The notes beneath the pieces are model-generated. The model was not told the origin of the DNA. It did not search any database and saw nothing but the letters and a program-made list of their open reading frames with translations. From a virus (taxonomy: Duplodnaviria; Caudoviricetes), in IMG/VR virus record IMGVR_UViG_3300033067_000820, positions 1 to 44,645 of that record: 44,645 nucleotides of DNA; one strand, written 5' to 3'. Both the position numbers and the translations under genes were made by a program. Positions 25,859 to 35,942 of the stretch are shown here, one piece after another (positions within the stretch are counted from its first letter, which is position 1; every line of letters starts with the position of its first letter).

Positions 25859-28800
25859 GATCTTCGACTCCCCGGAAGCCAATCAGCGCATTTCCGATAC
25901 CGCAGCGGAAGCCCCGCCCGCGACATTCATGGAACGGTTTCAGGCGGCCGACAAGCAGGGCCAGCTTCGCGGCACCGTGTTAAGCCCCGGCTTTGCGGTA
26001 TCTGAGGATTACGATCGGCGTATCAAAGACATCAAAGACGCAGGGCTTGGCGACCTATCGGAACTCAATCCGATGTGGAACAGCAAGCCGACGCAGCGCG
26101 CACCGCATGTCTATTCCGAAGGTCATTCCATCTACGACATGGAGCCTTCGAAGGCGGTGGAAGACCCGCACGAGGCATTCCAGAAGAAGCTTGAAGAACT
26201 AGCGCAGAAGTACCCCGACAAAGCGCACATCATCAAAGCCGACAAGCCGATTACGGGCTCTGAGTCCTACCAAGCCGCGAAGAAAGCCGCCGAAAACGCC
26301 GCCTCTATCTACGGTGGCCCACCGCTGACGGGGCCGATTGCCGACTTCGCTGGCGGCATGTGGTCGATGCGCAAAGACCCGTTTCAGATTGGTACGCTGG
26401 TCATAGGGCCGATGAGCCCGGTGCGTCAGGGTGCGAAAGCCGTCTTGACGATGGGCCTCAAGCAGGCTGCCGCCAATGCCAGTGTCGAAGCGGCAATGCA
26501 ACCATTCGTTCAGTCCTGGCGAAAGTCCATGAATGACTCTTACGGCTGGTGGGATGCCGCCGAGGAGATCGGCATGGCTGGTGCGTTCGGCCTTGGTGCT
26601 GATGCAGGCGTGCGTATGCTTTACCGCGGCGTGCAAGCCCGCATGGGCCGCAAAGCCATTCTCGATGAGCAGGGCCGCGTTACTGGCTATGAGAGCGCTG
26701 TCAATGCCGCAGAGCGTGAGGCACTAACCGCGCGCAACCTCGAGATCCAAAAGAACCTCGAAGCCCTCCCCAAAGACACGTTCGATAAGATCGCACAGGG
26801 CGACGAAGAGGCGACCATAGCGTTAGCCAAGGCGCTGAAAGCCGATGAAGACCCGTCCGTTGCCGGCGCTATCAACGCTCTGCGCAACACCGACCGCGTC
26901 ACCCTCGACGGCATCGATGACGGCTGGCGGGAACGCTCGCTCTTGCAGCAACTCCGCTCGTTGGAAGATCCATCAGAGCCCGCGCCTGCGCACTTTGACT
27001 CAGCGGCCAAGGCGGAGCGCCCGCGCCTGGCAGATGATGCAGAGCTTCCCCGTGGCACGGAAGGCAACCAGCACTATCGGATGCTGGAATTGGACAACAA
27101 GCCGGTGCGGTTTGAAGCCATCGATGCGAACCGGATCACGACGGACCCGGCCACGTTTCAGTTCAAGGGCGGGCGGGATGCAGCCGGGGCCAGCAATGCG
27201 CTCAGGGCCGTTGATTTCAATGGCGAGTACAAAGGCAAGGTCATCGTCTACGAGCGTGAGGATGGCAGTCTCGTAGTCGCAGACGGGCATGACCGGGTAA
27301 GCCTAGCGAACCGTGCACCCGAGCCGCAGAAACTTGATGCGCTGGTGTTTCGTGAAGTGGACGGCTGGACCGCCGATCAGGTCCGCGCCGAAGCCGCCCG
27401 CAAGAACATTCAAGAAGGCACGGGCTCACTCATGGATGTGGCGGGCGCAATCCGTCGTCATCCTGAGATCGTTGACGATAGCATGGCCGTGAGCACTGAC
27501 TTCATGGCTGATGCCAGGTCGATAGCACGCCTATCTGATGACGCCTTTGACGCTGTAGCTGGGGGACAGGTCAACCCCAAGCATGGGGTGATGGTGTCTG
27601 ATTTGGTTCCTGACCAAGCCCGCCACATGGAAGTGCTGCGAGAACTCGACCGCCGCAATCCACCAACCGAGGCCGCAGCCCGCCGTGAGATCGGCAACAT
27701 GCTGCGCGAGCCTGCCAACATGGAGACGCTAACGCGGGTGATGGGTATCCCTCTCGCAGAGCCGCATGTGATTGAGGCACGCAATGACGTGCTGGCCGGT
27801 GTTCTCACCACCATGCGCAGCGATGTTGAGACACAAGCGGTTGCCGCCGTCATCCGACGCCTTGCTGAAAAGCCAGGCCTTGTCTCAGACACCCTCGCAC
27901 AAGCAGGACGAGCCGTTGCAGAAGGTCAGCCCATAGAACGCGCCATTGATGCAACGCTGAGACGGTTTGAAGATGTTATCGGTAAAGCAGGGGTGAAGGG
28001 CCTAGCGGATCAGCCGGTGAGGCTGTCACCAACTGACGATCGGCCACGGTTTCTTGCTGCATTGGCTGGCTCTGACGCGGCTGTAGGCCGCTCGATGCGT
28101 GCTGATCTGGATAAGCTTGGCTACTACTCCAAGGCACTTGAAGCAGCGAAGTCTCTCAAGCAGTCCAAGGGCACACCGGAACAAATGTGGCGTCAGATCG
28201 CAGACGCTCCTGGCGTGCGTGACAACGAGATTATTGCAACCAACTTGCACAAGATGCTGCTTGGCAACGATGGGGCCAGTGCGTTTGAACGCTTTGTCAC
28301 TCTGCGCTCTGCCGTCGATGAGCGGCGGCAAGAGATCAGCAAGGGAATGGATAAGCTGGTTCGTGCAGAGGGCGAGAGCAACGCTAATTGGAGCGCACGA
28401 CAAGCGGCTAGGAAGGCCGAAATTGACAAACAGATAGGCCAGCCAGTTACGGATTTGGCGGAAACTGAAGCAGCCGTATCGGCGGCAGCGCGCTCTAACA
28501 AGACCTCCATCACCCGTGACGAGATCGTCAAGCATTTGACGGATAATAGGGTGGGGGTGAATGAGAAGCAGTATGGGTACAAGCAAGACGGATGGATCGT
28601 TGATCCTTTGCAGTGGGGTTCGCAAGGAGAAACAAAGCGGTTCGCCAGCCAAGCGGAAGCTGAAGCATACGCGCAATCAATCGGGCTGACGCGAGAACAT
28701 GCGGAGCAGATGCACGTCAAGGGCAAATGGCAAAAATACTCCCTCGACCCCTCCAACCCAACCTATAGAGAGACAGTGCTGCATTTGCCGCCGTCCATGT

Positions 28801-31800
28801 CGTTTGAGGATTGGGCTGCACAGCAAGGCCGGCGCGTCACGCCGGAGACTGAGCGCATTTTGCGGTCGGCTTTCGACCTGCAACGCGATACGGGTGACTT
28901 CAAGTCAGGCCACTTTGTTGAGCCTAACATCATCGGCCACATGATGACCTCCCTCAACAAGCACGAGGGCAAGCCGGTCTTCACCTTGGATCAGATACAA
29001 TCTGATTGGGGCCAGAAGCTACGCGATGGCGGCGTCAGGGATGAGGCGAAGATTGCGGGGCTGAAGGCGCGTCAAAAAGAAGCGCGAGACGCCGCCGACA
29101 GCATTCTATCCGAATACATGGACGGATTGAAGCCGGATGACCGCGCAAAGAACTATAGACCGGACGCAGAAGACAGATTGCGCCGATTGGCAAGAGAAGG
29201 CGACGCAAAAGCGGCTCAGTGGAAAGATCTTGATAGCAATGCAAATCTTCTTGCCGCCGAATATCGCACTGCCAACGCCTCATCCCCCGGCCACCCCCTA
29301 GTCAACACCACAGACCAGTGGACTAATACGACACTCCGCCGTGGTCTACGTCAGGCCGTAGAAGCAGATGCAGAGTTCATAGCAATACCGCATGGCGATA
29401 CGGTGTTGAGCTATAACCCCGGCGATGAAGGAGGGATGCGCGGCTTCTACGGCTCCCGCTTTATGGAAGGGATTGTCCCGAAGAACCTGCGCAAGCTGCT
29501 TGAGAAGATCGACAAGGACGCAGCGAAGCCAAGCAAGGTCGAAGCGCTAGATACCCCGTCCGGCCCGCGCGGCTGGAAACAAGACGGCGAGGCAAGATTC
29601 GACAAATCCCAAACCGGCTTCACCCTCTTCCCCCTCACTGACAAGGTGAAGCGCTCCATCATGGAAGAAGGGCAACCGCTGTTCGCGCTGTCTGATCTCG
29701 CACAGCGTCATAGCGCCTGGCTCTTGGATGACGTTGGACCAAACGACCCGGCACCACGTTCCGTGCTTGCATTCCACGGCACCAATGCCGAAGCAGCGTT
29801 CGACAAGCTAGCGCTACCATCGAGCGAGTTCGGCGTTCACTTCGGGACGACGAAGCAGTCTGATTATGTCGCCAAGAAGTTTGGCAACTTGTCGCCGTCG
29901 TATGATCGCGCTCGCATCATGCCGTCAGTTCTGACGACACGCCGCGTTCTGACGATGGACGACCTAGTCGGGTGGTTTGCCGACGACATCGCCTTGGAGA
30001 TTGGAGCGGCCAAGAGATACGATGCGGAGTTTCCAGGGCTTCGTAATGACGTCAAAGGCGTCACCACTAACGAGCAGCTTCGCGCTGTTTTCGCAAAGCA
30101 TCAGATCGACGCTATCCGCTATCAGAACGCAGCGGAAGGTGATGGGTGGTCATATCTCGTTTGGGACGGTGCGGTTGCCAAAAGTGCGACAAGCGGTGCC
30201 GATATCATTGGTAAAAACATCACCCCCACCAAGATTGCCGAACTTGCCGAGAACCTGCGCCAAGCCCTCGATGAAGCAACAACCCCACCTCCCGGACGCC
30301 TAGACGACCCCATCAAGGACGCACCCAAACAAGTCGAAAGACTGAGGGAAGACCTGGCAGAGGATATCGCCGTTGCAATGGGCCGGCCGTCACCGGCTCA
30401 GCTTGCGGCACTGCGGTCAGCCGAACGCGCCAAGGCTGTGCTTGACCGTGCATCACAGATGAAGACGTTTGCGCCGGGGTTCTCGCTTCGAAACCTGTTC
30501 GACCCTCAGATGAAGACGCCCGGTAACATCGGCGCGGAACCGTTCGATATCGCGAACGTTGTGATCAAGTCGCGGTCCATCATCGAAATTCCGGTGAAGT
30601 CGATCAAGACGGTTCAAGACACAGTGTCGCTTGACGTCGTGAAGCGGATGATCGACAATCCGTCATCCGAAGTCCCAAGCGTTTTCAAGTTTGGCGGTGA
30701 GTACTTTATCAACGACGGCAACCACCGTATCACAGCGGCAAAAGCTCGTGGCCTCGACAACATCAAAGCTGAGGTTATTGAGATTGAAGATCGCAGCCCT
30801 GTTGCTGCTGGATCGGATAACGCTGCGGCGCAGCTTACACATACTGGCGGCGATCATCCGGGCAACGCGGCAGGAGCGCCGCTTAATGGCGCAGACCGCC
30901 TAGTCTCTCTCTACCAGCGCTACGTCACCCAGGGACGCGAAGCCCTCGATGCCGTCCTGCCCGGTACAGGCCGCATGATTGACGAGTTCGCACAGGCGAA
31001 CCCGGAAGTCGTCGCACGGATTGCTGAAGCCTTGGGTGCCCCAACAGGCCGCCCGCAAGCCGCCCAGATGCTCGAGCAAGCACTACCGCAATTCACGAAC
31101 CCGCGCATTATCGACATGTCAAAGCCGGTGCTTCTGACACCTGAAGCCAATGCGCGCATGCGTGAGATCAGACCGGCGATCGATGAAACCGTGAAGATGC
31201 TTCCGCCAGAGTACCGCATCCGTGTGGAAGACAGCTTGGTGTGGAATCCAGACGGCGGCGACAAGCGGCTCGATGGTCTTCACGATGGCTATTTGAAGCT
31301 GATCTACATCTCGATGGATTCTGGCGATCCCGTCCGCACAGCACGCCATGAAGTCGTTCACGCGCTGCGTCAATCCGGCCTGATGAAGGACGAAGAGTTC
31401 TCAGCACTCTACAAGTTCGCGGATCGCCTCGGCCTTCGCAAAGCCTATGAGATCGACACGCAATACAAGACTCTCTACACCGAAGCCTACAGCAACCGTG
31501 GTGCTGACTTCGTTGAGCAGCTTCTACGTGAAGAGACCGTCGCCAACATGTTCTCCGACTACAGCCTCAATGGTCGCAGGTTCGGAGACGTCGCAGGCGG
31601 CGGCATGGTTGACCGCCTGATTGATATGATCGTGACCTTCATGAAGCAGGTCCGCGAGATCATGGGCGGGTACGGGTTCCGCAACGTCTACGATGTGTTT
31701 GAGAGCATCGAGAGCGGGGCTATGGCACGGCGGGGGATGGGGGACGCACAGGAAGCGTCACGCCTTGCCATGTTCGCAGGCGAGGACGACAAGCCCCTCG

Positions 31801-31868
31801 CTCGTGATCTCGCAGACGTACAACGTGAGCGTGACGCCGCCGATCTGATCGGAGCCTGCCGCGCATGA
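25857..31868 (+). CDS. Large polyvalent ejection protein (two ParB-like domains, LPD-like region, ADP-ribosyltransferase-like domain, zincin peptidase)
   Basis: VVADGHDRV and FINDGNHRITAA (ParB-like), LDQIQSDW region, AFHGT...GVHFGT...IRYQNAAEG..SYLVW (ART-like), RHEVVH...REETVA (zincin). Confidence 0.8.
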   Translation: MIFDSPEANQRISDTAAEAPPATFMERFQAADKQGQLRGTVLSPGFAVSEDYDRRIKDIKDAGLGDLSELNPMWNSKPTQRAPHVYSEGHSIYDMEPSKAVEDPHEAFQKKLEELAQKYPDKAHIIKADKPITGSESYQAAKKAAENAASIYGGPPLTGPIADFAGGMWSMRKDPFQIGTLVIGPMSPVRQGAKAVLTMGLKQAAANASVEAAMQPFVQSWRKSMNDSYGWWDAAEEIGMAGAFGLGADAGVRMLYRGVQARMGRKAILDEQGRVTGYESAVNAAEREALTARNLEIQKNLEALPKDTFDKIAQGDEEATIALAKALKADEDPSVAGAINALRNTDRVTLDGIDDGWRERSLLQQLRSLEDPSEPAPAHFDSAAKAERPRLADDAELPRGTEGNQHYRMLELDNKPVRFEAIDANRITTDPATFQFKGGRDAAGASNALRAVDFNGEYKGKVIVYEREDGSLVVADGHDRVSLANRAPEPQKLDALVFREVDGWTADQVRAEAARKNIQEGTGSLMDVAGAIRRHPEIVDDSMAVSTDFMADARSIARLSDDAFDAVAGGQVNPKHGVMVSDLVPDQARHMEVLRELDRRNPPTEAAARREIGNMLREPANMETLTRVMGIPLAEPHVIEARNDVLAGVLTTMRSDVETQAVAAVIRRLAEKPGLVSDTLAQAGRAVAEGQPIERAIDATLRRFEDVIGKAGVKGLADQPVRLSPTDDRPRFLAALAGSDAAVGRSMRADLDKLGYYSKALEAAKSLKQSKGTPEQMWRQIADAPGVRDNEIIATNLHKMLLGNDGASAFERFVTLRSAVDERRQEISKGMDKLVRAEGESNANWSARQAARKAEIDKQIGQPVTDLAETEAAVSAAARSNKTSITRDEIVKHLTDNRVGVNEKQYGYKQDGWIVDPLQWGSQGETKRFASQAEAEAYAQSIGLTREHAEQMHVKGKWQKYSLDPSNPTYRETVLHLPPSMSFEDWAAQQGRRVTPETERILRSAFDLQRDTGDFKSGHFVEPNIIGHMMTSLNKHEGKPVFTLDQIQSDWGQKLRDGGVRDEAKIAGLKARQKEARDAADSILSEYMDGLKPDDRAKNYRPDAEDRLRRLAREGDAKAAQWKDLDSNANLLAAEYRTANASSPGHPLVNTTDQWTNTTLRRGLRQAVEADAEFIAIPHGDTVLSYNPGDEGGMRGFYGSRFMEGIVPKNLRKLLEKIDKDAAKPSKVEALDTPSGPRGWKQDGEARFDKSQTGFTLFPLTDKVKRSIMEEGQPLFALSDLAQRHSAWLLDDVGPNDPAPRSVLAFHGTNAEAAFDKLALPSSEFGVHFGTTKQSDYVAKKFGNLSPSYDRARIMPSVLTTRRVLTMDDLVGWFADDIALEIGAAKRYDAEFPGLRNDVKGVTTNEQLRAVFAKHQIDAIRYQNAAEGDGWSYLVWDGAVAKSATSGADIIGKNITPTKIAELAENLRQALDEATTPPPGRLDDPIKDAPKQVERLREDLAEDIAVAMGRPSPAQLAALRSAERAKAVLDRASQMKTFAPGFSLRNLFDPQMKTPGNIGAEPFDIANVVIKSRSIIEIPVKSIKTVQDTVSLDVVKRMIDNPSSEVPSVFKFGGEYFINDGNHRITAAKARGLDNIKAEVIEIEDRSPVAAGSDNAAAQLTHTGGDHPGNAAGAPLNGADRLVSLYQRYVTQGREALDAVLPGTGRMIDEFAQANPEVVARIAEALGAPTGRPQAAQMLEQALPQFTNPRIIDMSKPVLLTPEANARMREIRPAIDETVKMLPPEYRIRVEDSLVWNPDGGDKRLDGLHDGYLKLIYISMDSGDPVRTARHEVVHALRQSGLMKDEEFSALYKFADRLGLRKAYEIDTQYKTLYTEAYSNRGADFVEQLLREETVANMFSDYSLNGRRFGDVAGGGMVDRLIDMIVTFMKQVREIMGGYGFRNVYDVFESIESGAMARRGMGDAQEASRLAMFAGEDDKPLARDLADVQRERDAADLIGACRA

Positions 31869-34744
31869 AGCACCCATTCTTCACCTGCCTGCGCAATGCC
31901 CACGAGCAAGGCCAACTCACGCTCGAGGAAAAGCAGCGTTTCGAAAACAGGTTCAAGCAACTCCTAACCGAGTTCTCAAGCGCCAAAGATGCCAAAAGCA
32001 TGATGGAGCAGGAGCTTGTTGCGGCCGGCATGGAAAAAGAACGCCGCGCACTCAAGGCAGAGGAATCCCGTAAAAACATCATCTCGTTCATCACCCGTTT
32101 TCGGAACCGCAACGGCCAGCAGGACATTGCCAAAGGCTGGCGCGTCTATAACCAGCAGATCGAGGACCGGCAGAAGGCCATCATCGGCCGCTGGCTGCGC
32201 GATCTCGATGGCTTCTTGGAGGAGTTCAAGAAGGGTGCCGTCACGGGCGACCTGCGCCGCAGCGGCGGACTGCTCGGCAATACCGAGACCGTGAAGAGCC
32301 TAGAGAACGTGGTCCGCGAGTTGTTCGGCGAGAACTCGAAAGACCCCAATGCCCGCGTCTTTGCCAAAGCCTGGGAGAAGGCGGCAGAGATGGCGCGGCA
32401 GGAGTTCAACGAACTAGGCGGCTCGATCGCAAAACTCGAAAAGTGGGGCATGCCGCAAACCCACCAACCCGATCTACTGTTCAAGTACGGACGGGAGAAG
32501 TGGGTTGACCGCATGATGCAGCCCGGCGTTCTCAACCGGGAGCGCATGGTTGACGGCCTGACTGGCAAGCCGCTCTCAGATGCAGAGCTAAAGGAATCTC
32601 TGACCGTCGTGTGGGGCCGGATCACGTCTGACGGCTTCATCGACATGGACCCATCGATGACCACGATGGGCAAAGGCGCACTCTACAAGCAACATCAAGA
32701 TAGTCGCTTCATTCACTTCGCGAACGCGGATGAATGGATGAAGTACGCCAAGGAGTTTGGCAACCCCGACTTCTACGCCTCGATGATCTCGCATCTTGAA
32801 GTCATGTCGCGAGATGTGGCGGCGATGCAGTTCTTCGGCCCCAACCCGGAAGCCCTGCGCAACTACACGCGGCAGTTCGTGTCGAAATTCACGACGGAGG
32901 CCCGCACGCTCGATGCAATACGCGTTGAGCAGATGGCGGAAATCGCCAAGCTATCGGCCCAACGCCACGAACTCACCAAGGAGTTCACGGGCAATGCGGG
33001 CGAGGCCGCGTATCAGACCACGCAAGCGCTGCATGCCGAACTCTCAGCCAAGGTCGAAGAGATCGACAAGTTCCGGTCAAAAGCCGACTTGCGCAAGAGC
33101 CAGGCTGACCGCGACAAGATGCAATTGCTGCATGAGGATCTGGACCGCATCAACAAAGCGCTTCACGCCGCGCGTAACGATCCGTTCTATGGCTTGGGTC
33201 AGGCCCTACCGCTCGGCAAGATGATCGAACTGCAATCGATCAATCAGCGATACCTCACCCTTATCGATGAGGTTCGTCTTGATGCCGTTGGGGTGAGCAA
33301 TGCGCTTCGGCAATCAAGCCGCCTCAATCTCAAGGAAGCGGATAACATCTGGGATGTGTACCGCGGCACAGCCAACGCCGTGCATGACTATCGCCTTGCC
33401 AATGCCGCAACGGCGATCCGAAACGTGCAAGCCGGTGCAAAGCTCGGTAGCGCGGCGGTGTCGGCACTGGCGGATGCCACCTTCCAGAAGTTGACCCGCA
33501 CGTTCCTCGGTATGAAGCAGAACGGCTTTTCCGACATCATCAAGGGGACGGTTGAGAACTTCAGCGCGGCAAGCCGGGCTGAAGCGGTGCGGTCGGATAT
33601 CGTTATCGATACCGCCATGCATACGCTCAACCAGTCGGCACGGTTCGCGGGCGCACTCAACACCACGAAATGGTCAGCCTATGCCGCTGATCGCTCAATT
33701 ACCTTCTCGGGCCTACCGGCCTACACGGAAGCGCAGAAGCGCGCGTTTGCAATGGAGTGGTTCGGTCACCTAGGCGACCATGCCAACAAGTCATTCCAGC
33801 AGTTACCGGCAGAGATCAAAGGCGCATTTCGCCGGCAGAACTTCACGGCCGCCGATTGGGAAGCCGCCCGCAAGGCGACGCTCTACCAGCCAAACCCTGA
33901 TAGCGCACCATTCTTGCGCCCGGCAGAAATCGAGGCTGTAGCCGGCCGTGACGTGGCATTGAAGTACAGCGCCATGATGTACGGCGAGCGCCGATTTGCG
34001 ATCATCGAGCCCGATCTACGCGCCCGCGCGATGCTCACACAGGGCATTCAGCGCGGCACCTGGGCTGGCGAAATGCTACGCGGCGCGACGCAGTTCAAGA
34101 GTTTCCCCGTAACCATCATGCTGCTGCATGGTGGGCGTTTGCTGGACGAGATCGCAATGCACGGCATGGCAAGCCGCAACGTCGCGCGCTACGCCTTCCA
34201 GATGCTTGTCATCGGGACAATGGTCGGGGCCGTGGTGGTGCAACTCAAGGACCTCATCGCGGGCCGTGATCCGCGCAGTATGAACCCAATGGAAAATCCG
34301 GCCTTCTGGGGGCAAGCTCTCTTGCAGTCGGGCGGGCTCGGCATCTGGGGCGACTTCATCCAGAACTCGTCAAACCGCTATGGCGGTGGTGCCGTAACGA
34401 CGCTGTTCGGCCCGACCGCAGGCACGATTGGACAGACGCTTGACTTGACCATCGGCAACATGAAGGCCGCGGCGGGTGGCCAGAATGCCAACATCGGCAA
34501 CGAGCTAACCAGCTTTGTCAAAAGCCTGACGCCAGGCGCGTCCACGTGGTACGCGCGCAAGGCCATCGATGCCTATCTGTTCGATAACCTGCAAAAGCTG
34601 CTCACGCCGAATGAGTACGGCGCACTGCGTCGCCGCATCATGGATAAGCGCGCCAAAGAGTACTCGTCACAGGGCTACTGGTGGGAACCGCTGAGCACGG
34701 GGCCATCCCGCGCACCCAATCTCGGGGCCGTCGTAGGACGGTAA
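31865..34744 (+). CDS. Internal virion (ejection) protein, helical gp16-like
   Basis: WGMPQTH, GEMLRGATQFKSFP, GRDPR, LLQSGGLGIWGD, FGP motifs of BPP-1-like core proteins. Confidence 0.8.
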   Translation: MKHPFFTCLRNAHEQGQLTLEEKQRFENRFKQLLTEFSSAKDAKSMMEQELVAAGMEKERRALKAEESRKNIISFITRFRNRNGQQDIAKGWRVYNQQIEDRQKAIIGRWLRDLDGFLEEFKKGAVTGDLRRSGGLLGNTETVKSLENVVRELFGENSKDPNARVFAKAWEKAAEMARQEFNELGGSIAKLEKWGMPQTHQPDLLFKYGREKWVDRMMQPGVLNRERMVDGLTGKPLSDAELKESLTVVWGRITSDGFIDMDPSMTTMGKGALYKQHQDSRFIHFANADEWMKYAKEFGNPDFYASMISHLEVMSRDVAAMQFFGPNPEALRNYTRQFVSKFTTEARTLDAIRVEQMAEIAKLSAQRHELTKEFTGNAGEAAYQTTQALHAELSAKVEEIDKFRSKADLRKSQADRDKMQLLHEDLDRINKALHAARNDPFYGLGQALPLGKMIELQSINQRYLTLIDEVRLDAVGVSNALRQSSRLNLKEADNIWDVYRGTANAVHDYRLANAATAIRNVQAGAKLGSAAVSALADATFQKLTRTFLGMKQNGFSDIIKGTVENFSAASRAEAVRSDIVIDTAMHTLNQSARFAGALNTTKWSAYAADRSITFSGLPAYTEAQKRAFAMEWFGHLGDHANKSFQQLPAEIKGAFRRQNFTAADWEAARKATLYQPNPDSAPFLRPAEIEAVAGRDVALKYSAMMYGERRFAIIEPDLRARAMLTQGIQRGTWAGEMLRGATQFKSFPVTIMLLHGGRLLDEIAMHGMASRNVARYAFQMLVIGTMVGAVVVQLKDLIAGRDPRSMNPMENPAFWGQALLQSGGLGIWGDFIQNSSNRYGGGAVTTLFGPTAGTIGQTLDLTIGNMKAAAGGQNANIGNELTSFVKSLTPGASTWYARKAIDAYLFDNLQKLLTPNEYGALRRRIMDKRAKEYSSQGYWWEPLSTGPSRAPNLGAVVGR

Positions 34745-34858
34745 CAACCAGACCCGATTCGCTGAAAGTCAAGTGTCTTTCCGGGAAGCCTGTGATATAC
34801 GGGCTCACCCTTGTTCGTCGTTGCGTTGTGTCCACCCAAAACACGCACACGGCAGGGC

Positions 34859-35941
34859 ATGGCGCTCGCACAAAAATACGCTCCGATCACGTGGGAATGC
34901 GACGGATCAAACCGTGCGTTTTCAGTGACTTGGCCGTTTTTTGATACAGCCGATCTCACCGTCACCTACATCACCCAATCGCAAACCCCCGTCACCCTGA
35001 AAGAAGGCGGGGATTACCGGGTGAGGGGGGGGCGCGACGGCAATGGAATGGCCGCGGTCGGCGTCATAGAAACCACCGCGATCTATGAACACGGTGCATC
35101 GATCCGTGTCTCTCGCACCACCCCCATTACGCAAACCGAAGCGTATTCGAACGGGGCGTTTCCGGCAGTACGGATCGAGCGCGCCCTAGACCGCGCGATG
35201 ATGGTGCTCGAAGAGTTGGCACACGGCCGCGCGGCAACCGATGAAATCCGCGTTCCTGTGGGATCGTCCCCTGTAACGTCGCCTGTTCAAGCCCCCGCGC
35301 GGCAATCTACCGCCGAAGTCGAGAACCTGATTCAGGGGCTGATCAAGGGCCAGGCCGATCAGACACAAGCCGCGCACCGCGACCTGGCGCAGAGTATCGC
35401 CGCACTGCGCCGGCAGGTGGACGGGCTGCATGCTGCACCAGTTGCGCCACTCCCGGCCATCCAGCCGATAGACCGGCCTGAGCCTGCCCCTGCGCTACCC
35501 GTAGCACCCGCGACGCTCGACGACGCCGTAGCGCAGGCACGCGACGAACTCGAGCGTGAAGCCGCCCGCTATCGGTCACAGGTCGCAACGGTCGGCAAAG
35601 ATTACGTCTACTTGCAAAAGCAGAGCGAAGCCCGTGCGGCGCTCGATGATCCGGCCCCGATCGCCCCGGCCGTGCATCCCGTCACGGGCGCACAGATCGT
35701 CAAATACCCGCACCTCGAGGCGCTGGTCGGCGTCTACGTTCCTGAGACAGAAAGCCGGGAAGACGACATCCGCGCCGCGGCGGCTTTTATCTTGGGCAAG
35801 GCCGCTGATTTCAAAGCCTGGAACGCGCGGATTGAACTCGCGCTCGGCTTTGCCAAACGGTCGCTCGCTGAAGCCCGATCCATCGACGACGCTCTGAGCA
35901 TCCCTGCGCGGCTCGATTGGCCGTCATTCTTGGAGTCATGA
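34859..35941 (+). CDS. Tail-fibre-anchor protein (T7 gp17 N-terminal domain) with coiled coil and chaperone-like C-terminus
   Basis: CDGSNRAFSVTWPFF...DYRV...RTTP..Q...FPAVRIERALDR; C-terminal YLQKQSEARA...YPHLEA. Confidence 0.7.
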   Translation: MALAQKYAPITWECDGSNRAFSVTWPFFDTADLTVTYITQSQTPVTLKEGGDYRVRGGRDGNGMAAVGVIETTAIYEHGASIRVSRTTPITQTEAYSNGAFPAVRIERALDRAMMVLEELAHGRAATDEIRVPVGSSPVTSPVQAPARQSTAEVENLIQGLIKGQADQTQAAHRDLAQSIAALRRQVDGLHAAPVAPLPAIQPIDRPEPAPALPVAPATLDDAVAQARDELEREAARYRSQVATVGKDYVYLQKQSEARAALDDPAPIAPAVHPVTGAQIVKYPHLEALVGVYVPETESREDDIRAAAAFILGKAADFKAWNARIELALGFAKRSLAEARSIDDALSIPARLDWPSFLES

Positions 35942-35942
35942 A

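Noticed and set aside
34745-34858. Possible promoter or structured RNA before the tail-fibre genes
   Set aside because: Only a weak hairpin (AGCCTGT/ACGGGCT) and no convincing -35/-10 pair; insufficient support.
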